NCBI RefSeq assembly: GCF_039654945.1
Contig: NW_027361675.1
Coordinates: forward strand, 25,854,001-25,918,000
Source of the DNA: Dendrobates tinctorius
Lineage: Eukaryota
Length of the DNA stretch: 64,000 nucleotides
Direction of reading: 5' to 3'
Every line of letters begins with the position of its first letter. Within the stretch, counting starts at the first letter, position 1. Made by a program: the position numbers and the translations under genes. Below, one piece after another: positions 1-11,381 of the stretch. Below the pieces are notes generated by a model. That model saw only the letters and a list, made by a program, of their open reading frames with translations, searched no databases and was not told the DNA's origin.

Positions 1-273
1 GTTTCTAACAACATTTATTGCAGATCCTATGTGCATTTGCCGAATACTGGCCCTCGACCTATGCCCTTTTGTTCCAATAAGTCTATCAGAAGCTCCTGAC
101 TTTTGCATGCAGTCTATAAGTCATGTCGCTAAGAATCTACATTCACGATCTGCTTGCCTCTTCACTAGTAAAAGAGCCAAGTGTCGACAGAATTCGAGAA
201 GCCATTATAGTGGATGCAGGAACCAAAGGCGGCCTGAGATCAGTAGTCTACACAATGAGACATAGAAGGTTAA

Positions 274-549
274 AGGGGTTGTCTGCTACTTTAATATTGA
301 TAGCGTAACCTTAGGTCATCAACACCAGATTGGTGGGGGTGCGACACCCGGCATTCCCAACCGATGTGACCAGTTGTGTAGCAGAGAAGCACAGCTCCAT
401 CAACTGCATAGTGGCCGCAGCGGGGTACTGCAGATCCACCCCTGACTACATACGGCCGGCACAAGGAACAGCGTCGGCTCCCTCGTCAATCTGGTATTGA
501 TGACCTATCCTAAGAATAGCCATCCATATTAAAGTACCGGACAACCCCT
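274..549. mobile_element. T2/Kolobok-type MITE
   Basis: TIRs aggggttgtc...gacaacccct with TTAA-like flanks. Confidence 0.75.
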
Positions 550-1339
550 TTTAATGAAGTAACAAGCAGATTTCCCCTGTACGATGCCTTTCTGTGAGGG
601 TAGTATAATTACCTAGCTCTGTGTGCTCATTTTGGGTGGAGGTAGCTTTTGGTCATTGATGGAACTTATGAGCTTTGACTCTGAGTAACCAGTATCAGTG
701 TCTTCTTGTTATTGTCCACCTCCTCATCATATGCTACAGATGTATGCTCCTACATACATAGGTATCTAAGCCTTGTGACCTCCACTTTGGGTGAAAGCAT
801 TGGTTATACTAGAAGCTGCAGCGACAGCCAGCAGGCGTGCGAATATATAGACGGCTGCACATGAGCATTACTCTCCTTTATCTTAGGAAATGTTTAGTGA
901 CAAGTTTGCAGAATTCAGGTTCAAAATGTCAAGTTTTGTTTGTTCCCCTTACATAGTAGTTAAATGCTCATGAGTTATCTCCTACTGGATCATTATTTTA
1001 CTACTTAGAGGGGTTGTCCTACTAGGACCACCCCTTCTCAATCTGAGTGTTTGCCCCCATTAAAATAAAAACAATTCTACTCCTCTCTGGTATCACTCCA
1101 GCGTTGTCGACACTCTCTCTGGGGCTCACGTAGTTTTAAGTGTCTTCCTCCAGTAAGTGTATACTCCCGAAAATGATGCACGACCGAGCACATGTTCACT
1201 CTGTCGGCGCACACGCCCGAATCCTGTTTTGCTGGGGGGTTCGGATGTAAACCCTGACGAGGCCAAGGAACGTATGACGAGACGCAATGTGAAAGCAGCC
1301 TACACAGCAGAGCTGTGCGTGTTCATCTGCAGCAGAGTT

Positions 1340-3225
1340 GTGTGTATTTACTGTGAATGCTGCAGAGCTGAGTGTGTTATGAATGCTGCAGAGCTGAGTG
1401 TGCATTTACTGTGCATTCAGCAGTGTTGTGAATGCTGCAGAGCTGAGTGTGCATCTACAGTGCATTCAGCAGTGTTGTGAATGCTGCAAAGCTGAGTGTG
1501 CATCTACAGTGCATTCAGCAGTGTTGTGAATGCTTCAGAGCTGAGTGTGCATGTACGGTGCATTCAGCAGTGTTGTGAATGCTGCAGAGCTGAGTGTGCA
1601 TCTACGGTGCATTCAGCAGTGTTGTGAATGCTGCAGAGCTGAGTGTGCATCTACGGTGCATTCAGCAGTGTTGTGAATTCTGCAGAGCTGAGTGTGCATC
1701 TACGGTGCATTCAGCAGTGTTGTGAATGCTGCAGAGCTGAGTGTGCATCTACCGTGCATTCAGCAGTGTTGTGAATTCTGCAGAGCTGAGTGTGCATCTA
1801 CGGTGCATTCAGCAGTGTTGTGAATTCTGCAGAGCTGAGTGTGCATCTACGGTGCATTCAGCAGTGTTGTGAATGCTGCAGAGCTGAGTGTGCATGTACG
1901 GTGCATTCAGCAGTGATGTGAATGCTGCAGAGCTGAGTGTGCATCCACGGTGCATTCAGCAGTGTTGTAAATGCTGTAGAACTGAGTGTGTATTTACAGT
2001 GCATTCAGCATTGTTGTGAATGCTGCAGAGCTGAGTGTGCATTTACTGTGCATTCAGCAGTGTTGTGAATACTGCTCTGCGGCCTCCCCTCAAACACTCT
2101 CGCACCCCTCCAATCTATTCTAAACTCTGCTGCCCGACTAATCCACCTGTCCCCCCGCTATTCCCCAGCTTCTCCCCTCTGTCAATCCCTTCACTGGCTC
2201 CCAATTGCCCAGAGACTCCATTACAAAACCCTAACCATGACATACAAAGCCATCCACAACTTGTCTCCTCCATACATCTGTGACCTCGTCTCCCGGTACT
2301 TTCCTGCACGCAACCTCCGATCCTCACAAGATCTCCTTCTCTACTCCCCTCTTATCTCCTCTTCCCACAATCGCATACAAGATTTCTCTCGCGCATCTCC
2401 CCTACTCTGGAACTCTCTACCACAACATATCAGACTCTCACCTACCATCGAAACCTTCAAAAAGAGCCTGAAGACCCACCTCTTCCGACAAGCCTATAAC
2501 CTGCAGTAACCACCGATCGACCAAACCGCTGCACGACCAGCTCTACCCTCGCCTACTGTATTATCACCCATCCCTTGAAGATTGTGAGCCCTCGCGGGCA
2601 GGGTCCTCTCTCCTCCTGTACCAGTTATGACTTGTATTGTTTAAGACTATTGTACTTGTTTTTATGTATACCCCCCTCACATGTAAAGCGCCATGGAATA
2701 AATGGCGCTATAACAATAAATAATAATAATAATAATAATAATAATACTGTAGAGCTGAGTGTGCATCTACAGTGCATTCAGCAGTGCTGTGAATACTGTA
2801 GAGCTGAGTGTGTATCTATGGTGCATTCAGCAGTGTTGTGAATGCTGCAGAGCTGAGTGTGCATCTACAGTGCATTCAGCAGTTTTGTGAATGCTGCAGA
2901 GATGAGTGTTCATCTACGGTGCATTCAGCAGTGTTGTGAATGTTGCAGAACTGAGTGCATTTACTGTGCATTCAGCAGTGTTGTGAATGCTGTAGAGCTG
3001 AGTGTGCATTTACTGTGCATTCAGCAGTGTTGTGAATGCTGCAGAGCTGAGTGTGCATTTACTGTACATTCAGCAGTGTTGTGAATGCTGCAGAGATGAG
3101 TGTGCATCTACGGTGCATTCAGCAGTGTTGCGAATGTTGCAGAGCTGAGTGTGCATCTATGGTGCATTCAGCAGTGTTGTGAATGCTGCAGAGCTGAGTG
3201 TGCATTTACTGTGCATGCAGCAGTG
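1340..3225 (+). repeat. 49-bp minisatellite (gaatgctgcagagctgagtgtgcatctacggtgcattcagcagtgttgt)n, interrupted by an L2
   Basis: About 24 head-to-tail near-identical units, no spacers. Confidence 0.95.
2075..2742 (+). mobile_element. 5'-truncated L2-clade LINE
   Basis: RT C-terminus (LHWLP...FKKSLKTHLF), 3'UTR, (AAT)n tail, flanking duplication aatactg. Confidence 0.9.
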
Positions 3226-3733
3226 TCGTGGCTTTCAAAGGGTTGTGAGAGTAATGGGAATTCTGCTGGGAAACACAAACAGGAGCTTGACTATTGCCTG
3301 CCTTGTAGAGATGGACTCGTTGGGCCACGTTCACATTATCAGTATTTGGTCCGTATTTTACCTCAGTATCTGTAAGCCAAACCAGGAGAGGAACAATCAG
3401 AGGAAAAGTATAATAGAAACACGTCACCACGTCTGGATTTATCACCCACTCCTGGTTTTGGCTTACAAATACTGGGGTAAAATACTGAACGTGTGACTGT
3501 GGCCTTGGAGTACTTTACTGACCTCGGGTGATGTTGACCTTGATGCTTATATACGCTGCCAAATACATTTTAATTAGTAAGAAATCTATTTTCCCATTTT
3601 CTGATGTTTTAAACTGGGGTGTGTCTTATAGTAAGGTGCGTCCTATAGCCCCAAAAATCTGGTATGTTGGTGTTTTATTATACTCTATCTTGTTTTTGGT
3701 ATTCCATTATTTGCTACTTCTTACAATCTGTAA

Positions 3734-3892
<159 letters not shown>

Positions 3893-3907
3893 TAAGTTGG
3901 TCGAATA

Positions 3908-4391
<484 letters not shown>

Positions 4392-6885
4392 TGAATATGG
4401 CCCATGCTGGATTGTAGATGTTGTGGTCATATGTTGGCCATTTCGTCAGTATCTTCATATACTTGTGCAAAAACAGGAATTTTGACCCTGTTGACGTTCC
4501 GTTTGTGTCACAAGTTCTTCTGGGGTTCAGTCTCATCCTCTGAAAAATGAGTCATGTTTGATCCCAACAGAGCCCTGCACTATAATGTGGCAGAAGGGTC
4601 ACTTTGATCTCCATTCTCCCGGAATCCCATGTTTTTAGACTGACACAAAAACACAGTCTGTCATGTTATTGTGTCCGCCTAATAAAAGGTGGACACCATC
4701 AGAACGGAAGTTAGATCACATACAAAGTGATGGTCGGCCTCATTATAGTGAAGGGCTCTAGGCAACTTTCTGATGCTGAACGCAGGAGGTTCAGATGTTT
4801 GCAAGGAAGCTGACAACCAGAGTCTGTGCAAACTGGCGTAAGTAAGTGGCTTTGCCTTTCATAACATGAAAAATGGGTTGTATGCAGAAGAACTACCTGC
4901 AACTCTGGACAAAAAAAATCTACAAGATATGACACATGCCATAATAGCTTTTCAAAGAGGTTATCATAAAACCACGCAATGCGAAGCTAGAACTCCTTTG
5001 CTTCTTCTTCTGGACTTGGATCAGAATAGGATCCAACCCTCCTAGTAGCTGTAACCTCAGTATGTTCAATTCTTCGTTGCCTGTGCTGCATTTCTTGTTA
5101 ATGCACATTCATCATCAGAAAAGGACTTATTGTTTAAATCAGGTTTTGGTGTTGCATGTATTTTTTAACACGTGTTGGCCCGTTTTTTTTCTTTTTCAAT
5201 TTATGATCTTTGTTACAAAAACAAATGAAATGAGCTTGCAATTTTCATACGGGTCACAGGATGCTTCCTATCAGGAAGTGTTTTCAGCAGGCTCCTTATC
5301 AGCAGAGGCACGATTACAATGCCAGGTAACATTTCTATACACAGCTGATAACACCGGATCCACCAATCACAATAGATGTCACATCTAACCCTGCTACCGC
5401 TCTTCACATTGACCCTTGCGCAGACTCATTAGACAATTCAATGTAAAAGATAGGGTTGGGATCTGACTGTTGTGGCTATATACACACGTGTTGTTTCCTG
5501 AAACAATAGGAGTCGTCTAAAATTATCTTAGTGGACAGTGAAAATGGCAAGGTTTCTATGCTATATTTTTAATACAGATTGTGGTATGGGATAAAAAAAA
5601 CATTAAAAAAAAATAAATATGAACACAAAAACTCAATTTAAACAATAGATCATTTTTTGATGATTTTACTCTGTCGCCTAATTGGGGGACACAGAACCTT
5701 GGGTGTTATGCTGCTGTCCACTAGGAGGCGACACTATGCATAATCTGAAAAAAGATTAACTTTGGCTCCTCCTCTGCAGTATACACCCCTGGACGGCGTC
5801 AGCCTTCTCCAGTTTTTGCTTAGTGTCGCAAGGAGGCACACCTTTTTTCTTCCGTTTTTTTCCTTTTTTCACGGGAATACAGATGAAGAAAAGTGGGTCT
5901 CCAGCGAGACTCCCGGCATGGCTCCCTCCTCGGTCCCCTATTAGGGGTACCCGGTTGAGGTTGAGGTGGTTTTTTTCCCCATGTCGCTCCCTCCCCAGTC
6001 CCTCGGGTCCTGGTTCGAGGTCGAGACCCCCCTCCTTCCCCAACACCCTTAAGGGGTCTGGGTTGAGGTCGAGGCGAGGATGAAGACCCCCTGACGGTGA
6101 CAGACGCACCCTCCCTAATCCCCCGCAGGGGGTATTAGGTTGAGACGCCTCAGGTAGGGTCGGAGATCAGGCAGCATTCCGCAGCTTCCAGGGACCCCAG
6201 GCCGGCTGAGGGATCCTGTGGGGGCCGGGGGAGGGTGCGGACTGGATGGCACAGCAGAAACAGGGCTTTTGCTGCGTCCCTGTCTCTGCAGCAGCAGCGG
6301 CTCCATAGCCCTTCAGGGGCCCCCCATACAAAAACCGCTACCCCTGCTACCCCCACCGCTATCCAGTCGACCGTTCTGGGGGGGTCTGGTACAAATCCGC
6401 CCCCCCCCCCCCCGGACTACCGCGCCGCTCTGGAGCCCTCCTGGGCATCAGGCTTCAAATTTAGACCGCGGCTTCGGCCTAGCTGAAGCCGCCGCCTTTT
6501 CCCCGCCCCCCGGCCCGCCCCCCCCCCCCCCGGATGACCAAAATGACACACTGGAGTGTCATAGAAGGGGCGGATTGAGGCAGAAAGGGCGCGTTTTTAC
6601 ACAGCCCAGCGCGCCCTTTTCAGCTCTCCGCCCCCTCCTCCCTCTCCTCAGAGCCCCGGTGGCCATTTTTTCTGGATGAGATCCAGGAGAGAAGCATCAC
6701 AGCGGTCTCCGGGGGGCACAGAACTTGGATCTGTCGGCGCTGGACCTAGGGGCACACCGGTGGGGTAAGCTCACAGCTGGGTTCTCATTACTCAGCTGTG
6801 AATCTATACTTCCTATAAGGCTTTCTGTGGGTTCCCTCTGCGTAGCCACCCCTGTACGATCCCTTATAGCCAGCCTCTGTGCACT

Positions 6886-8457
6886 ATGCCGGGCTCAAGG
6901 AAGAGAACCAGGCAGGAATGTTTCTATGCATTCTGCACAGCCTGCAAAGCCACGCTCCCTAGTGGCAGCACGTATCCGCACTGCCGGGTCTGCATCCAGA
7001 ACTCTGGGTCAGAACCCCAGGGAGTCCCTACTGACGCTTCAGTGTCACAGGCCACGCCGGAATGGGCAACTCAGATGTCTCAGTCTATGTCACAGTCCAT
7101 AGACAACCTAACTGCTACATTGCTGCAAGCTCTGCAGAGTCGGACCCCGGCTATGGACGGTACACAGCAAACGGACAGCTTGTCTCAGGAACATGCTGCT
7201 TCTGACTCTCACAGACGTAAGCGGACTCACAGGTCTCGATCACCTGAGTCGCACTATAGCACAAGGTCGTTCCCCTCTAGGGAGAGACAGCGTCATTCCA
7301 GGTCTCCTGGGCAGTCCCCTGCCACAGACAGACAGTGCAATTTACCACAGGGATCCCCCACCACAGAAGACCCCCGCCCCAGGTCGCCCTCCAGGGATCA
7401 CCTTAGTGAGGCACAGGATTCGGAGGGCATCTGTGACTCCGACTCAGATAATGAAACGGTCAGGTCCGTGGTACCTTCTCCCCCTAGCAATACAGCGCTA
7501 GTTGAGGACATAATTTCTTCTATTCATCGGGTGCTAAAAATTCCAGAGTCGCCCCCGGAAGTCCCAAAACATAGGATTTGCTTCGAAAGTGTTCAAAAAC
7601 CACCTAAGGTCTTCCCTAATCACGATGAGTTTGAGAAAATACTTACCAAACAGTTTGCGCAGCCTGACAAAAAATTCGCTAATCGCAAATATCTGGAAGC
7701 GAAGTACCCTTTCCCACAGGAAGACACCAAACAATGGGCAGATCCACCTGAAGTGGACCCTCCGGTTTCTAGGCTAGCAGCGCAGACTTTACTCTCTCTG
7801 CCGGATAGCTCAACCCTCAGGGACGCAGCAGACCGGCAAGTAGAACGCATGGCTCGTTCTATTTTCGAAGCGGCAGGCGCCTCTCTGGGCCCTGCGTTTG
7901 CTTCAGTTTGGGCAGCCAAGGCCATCCTAGCTTGGGCCAAAAGACTACAGGAGGGTCTTCAGGCTTCAAATCCTGAACTCTCGGACCAAGCGGTCCAGAT
8001 GGCAGTGGTAGCAGACTACATGATTCATGCAGCCCTGGATTCCGCCAGAGGTGTAGCGGGAATAGCATCAAACGCCATCACGATCCGACGCATCCTCTGG
8101 CTGCAAGAATGGAAAGCGGATGCGGCCTCAAAGAAGTCCCTCACGCGACTTCCGTATTCTACTGGTAGACTTTTCGGCGAAAAGTTGGACACCATGATAG
8201 CCAATGCCACCGGGGGTAAGAGTACCTCTCTCCCTCAACTAAAACCGAAACGCACGTTCAAACGAAGAAACCAGACGCGATTCCGATCCTTTCGGAATTC
8301 CTCGGGCTGGTCCGTTTCGCGCCCAGTGCAAAACCGCAACCGTTCTCCACGCAGAGACAACCCACGGACGCAGCAGCGACCGGACAGGGCTTGGCAGTCG
8401 AAAGCAGGCCAAGCGAAACCCAAGGGAGGAAAACCTCAGAACTTCACTTCATCATGA
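6886..8457 (+). CDS. DIRS element 1 ORF1, gag-like, 523 aa
   Basis: Intact ORF; N-terminal CxxC-x12-CxxC; resembles ORF1 remnants in the other three DIRS copies. Confidence 0.88.
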   Translation: MPGSRKRTRQECFYAFCTACKATLPSGSTYPHCRVCIQNSGSEPQGVPTDASVSQATPEWATQMSQSMSQSIDNLTATLLQALQSRTPAMDGTQQTDSLSQEHAASDSHRRKRTHRSRSPESHYSTRSFPSRERQRHSRSPGQSPATDRQCNLPQGSPTTEDPRPRSPSRDHLSEAQDSEGICDSDSDNETVRSVVPSPPSNTALVEDIISSIHRVLKIPESPPEVPKHRICFESVQKPPKVFPNHDEFEKILTKQFAQPDKKFANRKYLEAKYPFPQEDTKQWADPPEVDPPVSRLAAQTLLSLPDSSTLRDAADRQVERMARSIFEAAGASLGPAFASVWAAKAILAWAKRLQEGLQASNPELSDQAVQMAVVADYMIHAALDSARGVAGIASNAITIRRILWLQEWKADAASKKSLTRLPYSTGRLFGEKLDTMIANATGGKSTSLPQLKPKRTFKRRNQTRFRSFRNSSGWSVSRPVQNRNRSPRRDNPRTQQRPDRAWQSKAGQAKPKGGKPQNFTSS

Positions 8458-8458
8458 C

Positions 8459-10362
8459 TTGAGACCTCCGGAAGACACCCCACCAGTAGGCGGCCGACTT
8501 TTACTCTTTCAGCAAGTCTGGCTGCCTATTACAGAAGACAGGTGGGTCAGGGAAATAGTGTCTTCCGGATACAAGATAGAGTTCACTTCCGTTCCACCGA
8601 ACCGGTTCTTCCTTTCTGTTCCTCCAACACCACCAGAAAAGGCTCGTGTCTTCCACCAAGCGGTTTCCTCTCTCCTTCAATCAGGAGTTGTGGTGCCGGT
8701 TCCCGCGAACGAGAGATTCCGAGGATTCTACTCAAATTTGTTTGTAGTCCCCAAGAAAGGAGGCGGCGTCCGACCCATACTGGACCTAAAACAGCTCAAC
8801 AATTACGTACGGGTCCGTCATTTCCGCATGGAGTCCCTCCGGTCCATCGTTGCATCCATGGAGCAGGGAGAATTCCTCGCCTCCATAGACATACAGGATG
8901 CGTATCTCCACATACCAATTGCTCCCGCCCACCAAAGGTTTCTCAGGTTCGCGGTCAACCAAAACCACTACCAGTTTGTCGCCCTTCCGTTCGGACTCGC
9001 CACGGCTCCAAGAACGTTCACCAAAGTCATGGCGGCCACCATGGACGTCCTGCACTCAAGAGGCATTCTAGTCGTCCCGTACCTGGACGACCTCCTCGTC
9101 AAGTCTCCCACTTTCAAAGACTGCGAGGTCAGTGTCTCAATCACTCTAGACACTCTGAGTCGCCTGGGATGGCTAGTCAACCTACAGAAATCGTCGACCA
9201 TCCCAACTCGGACTCTAACATTCCTGGGAATGGTATTCGACACCACCAGGGGCCTGGTGCTCCTTCCCAAGGACAAGACACTGGCCATCCGTCTGGGAGT
9301 TCGCACACTCCTTCGCAGTCCTCCTCGATCTCTCCGGTTTGCCATGAGAATCCTCGGCAGGATGGCAGCAGCAATAGAGGCAGTGCCATTTGCCCAGTTT
9401 CACCTCAGGGTCCTTCAGCTAGCCATACTCAGATCTTGGGACAGGAACCCCTTCTCCCTCGACAGGGAGTTCAGGTTGATGTCATCGACCAGGAGGTCCC
9501 TGCACTGGTGGCTCAAACCAACCTCGCTTACACGAGGGAAGCCATTCCTCTCAGGACAATGGAAGATCCTGACTACCGATGCAAGCCTGACAGGCTGGGG
9601 GGCGGTACACCTACATCACAGGGCACAGGGCAAGTGGTCACCGAGGGAAGTGACATTGCCCATCAATGTTCTGGAAATCAGGGCCATTCTCTTGGCACTG
9701 AGAGCCTTTCATCACTTGCTTGCAGCCTCGCACATTACGGATACAGTCGGACAATGCCACGGCTGTGGCATACGTGAATCACCAAGGCGGGACCCGCAGC
9801 GCCCAGGCAATGAGAGAAGTGGCTCATATCCTCCGCTGGGCGGAAGACACAAGGTTGGTTCTTTCTGCGGTACACATTCCGGGTGTAGAAAACTGGGAAG
9901 CCGACTTCCTCAGCAGGCAAGGAATGGACTCGGGGGAGTGGTCTCTCCATCCCGAGATTTTTTACCAGATCTGTCAACGATGGGGAACCCCGGATGTGGA
10001 CCTAATGGCATCCCATCTCAATGCCAAGGTTCCCAATTTCATGGCCAGGACACACGACCCGCGGTCGCTCGGAGCGGATGCCCTGGTCCAGGACTGGTCC
10101 CAGTTCCGACTCCTGTACATTTTTCCACCCCTCCCCCTAATAGCCAGGGTCGTGAGGAAGGTCAAGCAAGAGGGAGTTCCGACCATCCTCATCGCGCCAG
10201 ACTGGCCCAGACGTACTTGGTACGCCGACATCGTCCCAACTTACGGCAGACGCCCCCTGGCGTCTACCCGACCGCCACGACCTTCTGTCTCAAGGTCCGT
10301 TCTTCCACCAGAATTCAGGGGCCCTCAATTTGACGGCATGGCCCTTGAAACCTGGATTCTAA
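8459..10362 (+). pseudogene. DIRS element 1 ORF2: reverse transcriptase, RNase H, adenine-methyltransferase-like; two +1 frameshifts (about 9735 and 10236)
   Basis: LPFGL, YLDD, TTDAS, INVLE, SDN, ADFLSR, DLMAS and YIFPP motifs distributed over three frames. Confidence 0.9.
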
Positions 10363-11381
10363 CCCAGGCAGGTTTTTCACCGGCAGTCATTGCAACTATG
10401 ATCAGGGCAAGGAAGCCTGCCTCTGCCAAGCTCTATTATCGTACCTGGAGAGCCTTCTTTTCTTGGTGCGAATCTCATGGACAAGTCCCACTCCCTTATT
10501 ACCTCCCGAAGGTACTAGGTTTTCTTCAATCGGGCCTAGATGCCAAGCTATCCTTAAGTTCGCTTAAGAGTCAGGTGTCGGCGCTTTCAGTCCTTTTTCA
10601 AAAGCGCATTGCTATTAAACCGCAAGTAAGGACTTTCATCCAGGGAGTTTCCCGATTGGTTCCTCCCTACAAACGTCCGATGGATACGTGGGACCTCAAT
10701 CTGGTCCTGACAGCATTGCAAGCTCCACCCTTCGAACCTCTTAGAGAAGTTCCACTCTCCATTCTGTCTCAGAAAGTGTTTTTTCTAGTGGCTATCACCT
10801 CGTTACGCAGAGTGTCGGAATTGTCAGCACTTTCCTGCAGACGACCTTTCCTAGCCTTTCACCAGGACAAGGTGGTTCTCCGCACGGTACCATCCTTCCT
10901 TCCGAAAGTTGTGTCCAACTTTCACCTTAACGAAGAGATTTCACTGCCTTCCCTTTGCCCGGTTCCGGTACATAGAGTGGAGAAGGCTCTGCATACGCTT
11001 GACCTAGTCAGGGCATTGCAGATTTACGTGTCCAGGACTGCACCTTTCCGGAAATCCGATTCCCTCTTCATTCTTACGGAAGGTAGTCGCAAGGGGTTGC
11101 CGGCTTCCAAGGCTACCCTTGCCAGGTGGATCAAGTCCACCATACATGAGGCCTACCGACTTAACAGTTCCCCTCTTCCGGCCGGTATCACGGCACACTC
11201 TACACGGGCAGTAGGGGCCTCCTGGGCCATTCGGCATCAGGCTTCGGCACAACAAGTGTGCAAGGCGGCCACTTGGACTAGCCTACACACGTTTACGAAA
11301 CACTACAGTGTTCATACCCAGTCCTCAGCGGATGCGAGCCTGGGTAGACTGGTTCTGCAGGCGGCAGTACCCCAAGTCTAG
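10338..11381 (+). CDS. DIRS element 1 tyrosine recombinase domain (C-terminal part of ORF3)
   Basis: LRRVSEL...AHSTR...AATW...FTKHY catalytic R-HxxR-W-Y signature in an open frame. Confidence 0.92.
   Translation: MALETWILTQAGFSPAVIATMIRARKPASAKLYYRTWRAFFSWCESHGQVPLPYYLPKVLGFLQSGLDAKLSLSSLKSQVSALSVLFQKRIAIKPQVRTFIQGVSRLVPPYKRPMDTWDLNLVLTALQAPPFEPLREVPLSILSQKVFFLVAITSLRRVSELSALSCRRPFLAFHQDKVVLRTVPSFLPKVVSNFHLNEEISLPSLCPVPVHRVEKALHTLDLVRALQIYVSRTAPFRKSDSLFILTEGSRKGLPASKATLARWIKSTIHEAYRLNSSPLPAGITAHSTRAVGASWAIRHQASAQQVCKAATWTSLHTFTKHYSVHTQSSADASLGRLVLQAAVPQV

Noticed and set aside
1253-1296. Hammerhead ribozyme core (ctgacga...gaaa)
   Set aside because: No stem II between the motifs and no stems I/III with a cleavage triplet.
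1340-3225. CRISPR-like regular repeat array and Cys-rich ORFs
   Set aside because: Units are head-to-tail with no unique spacers, in a eukaryotic intron; the ORFs are translations of the repeat.
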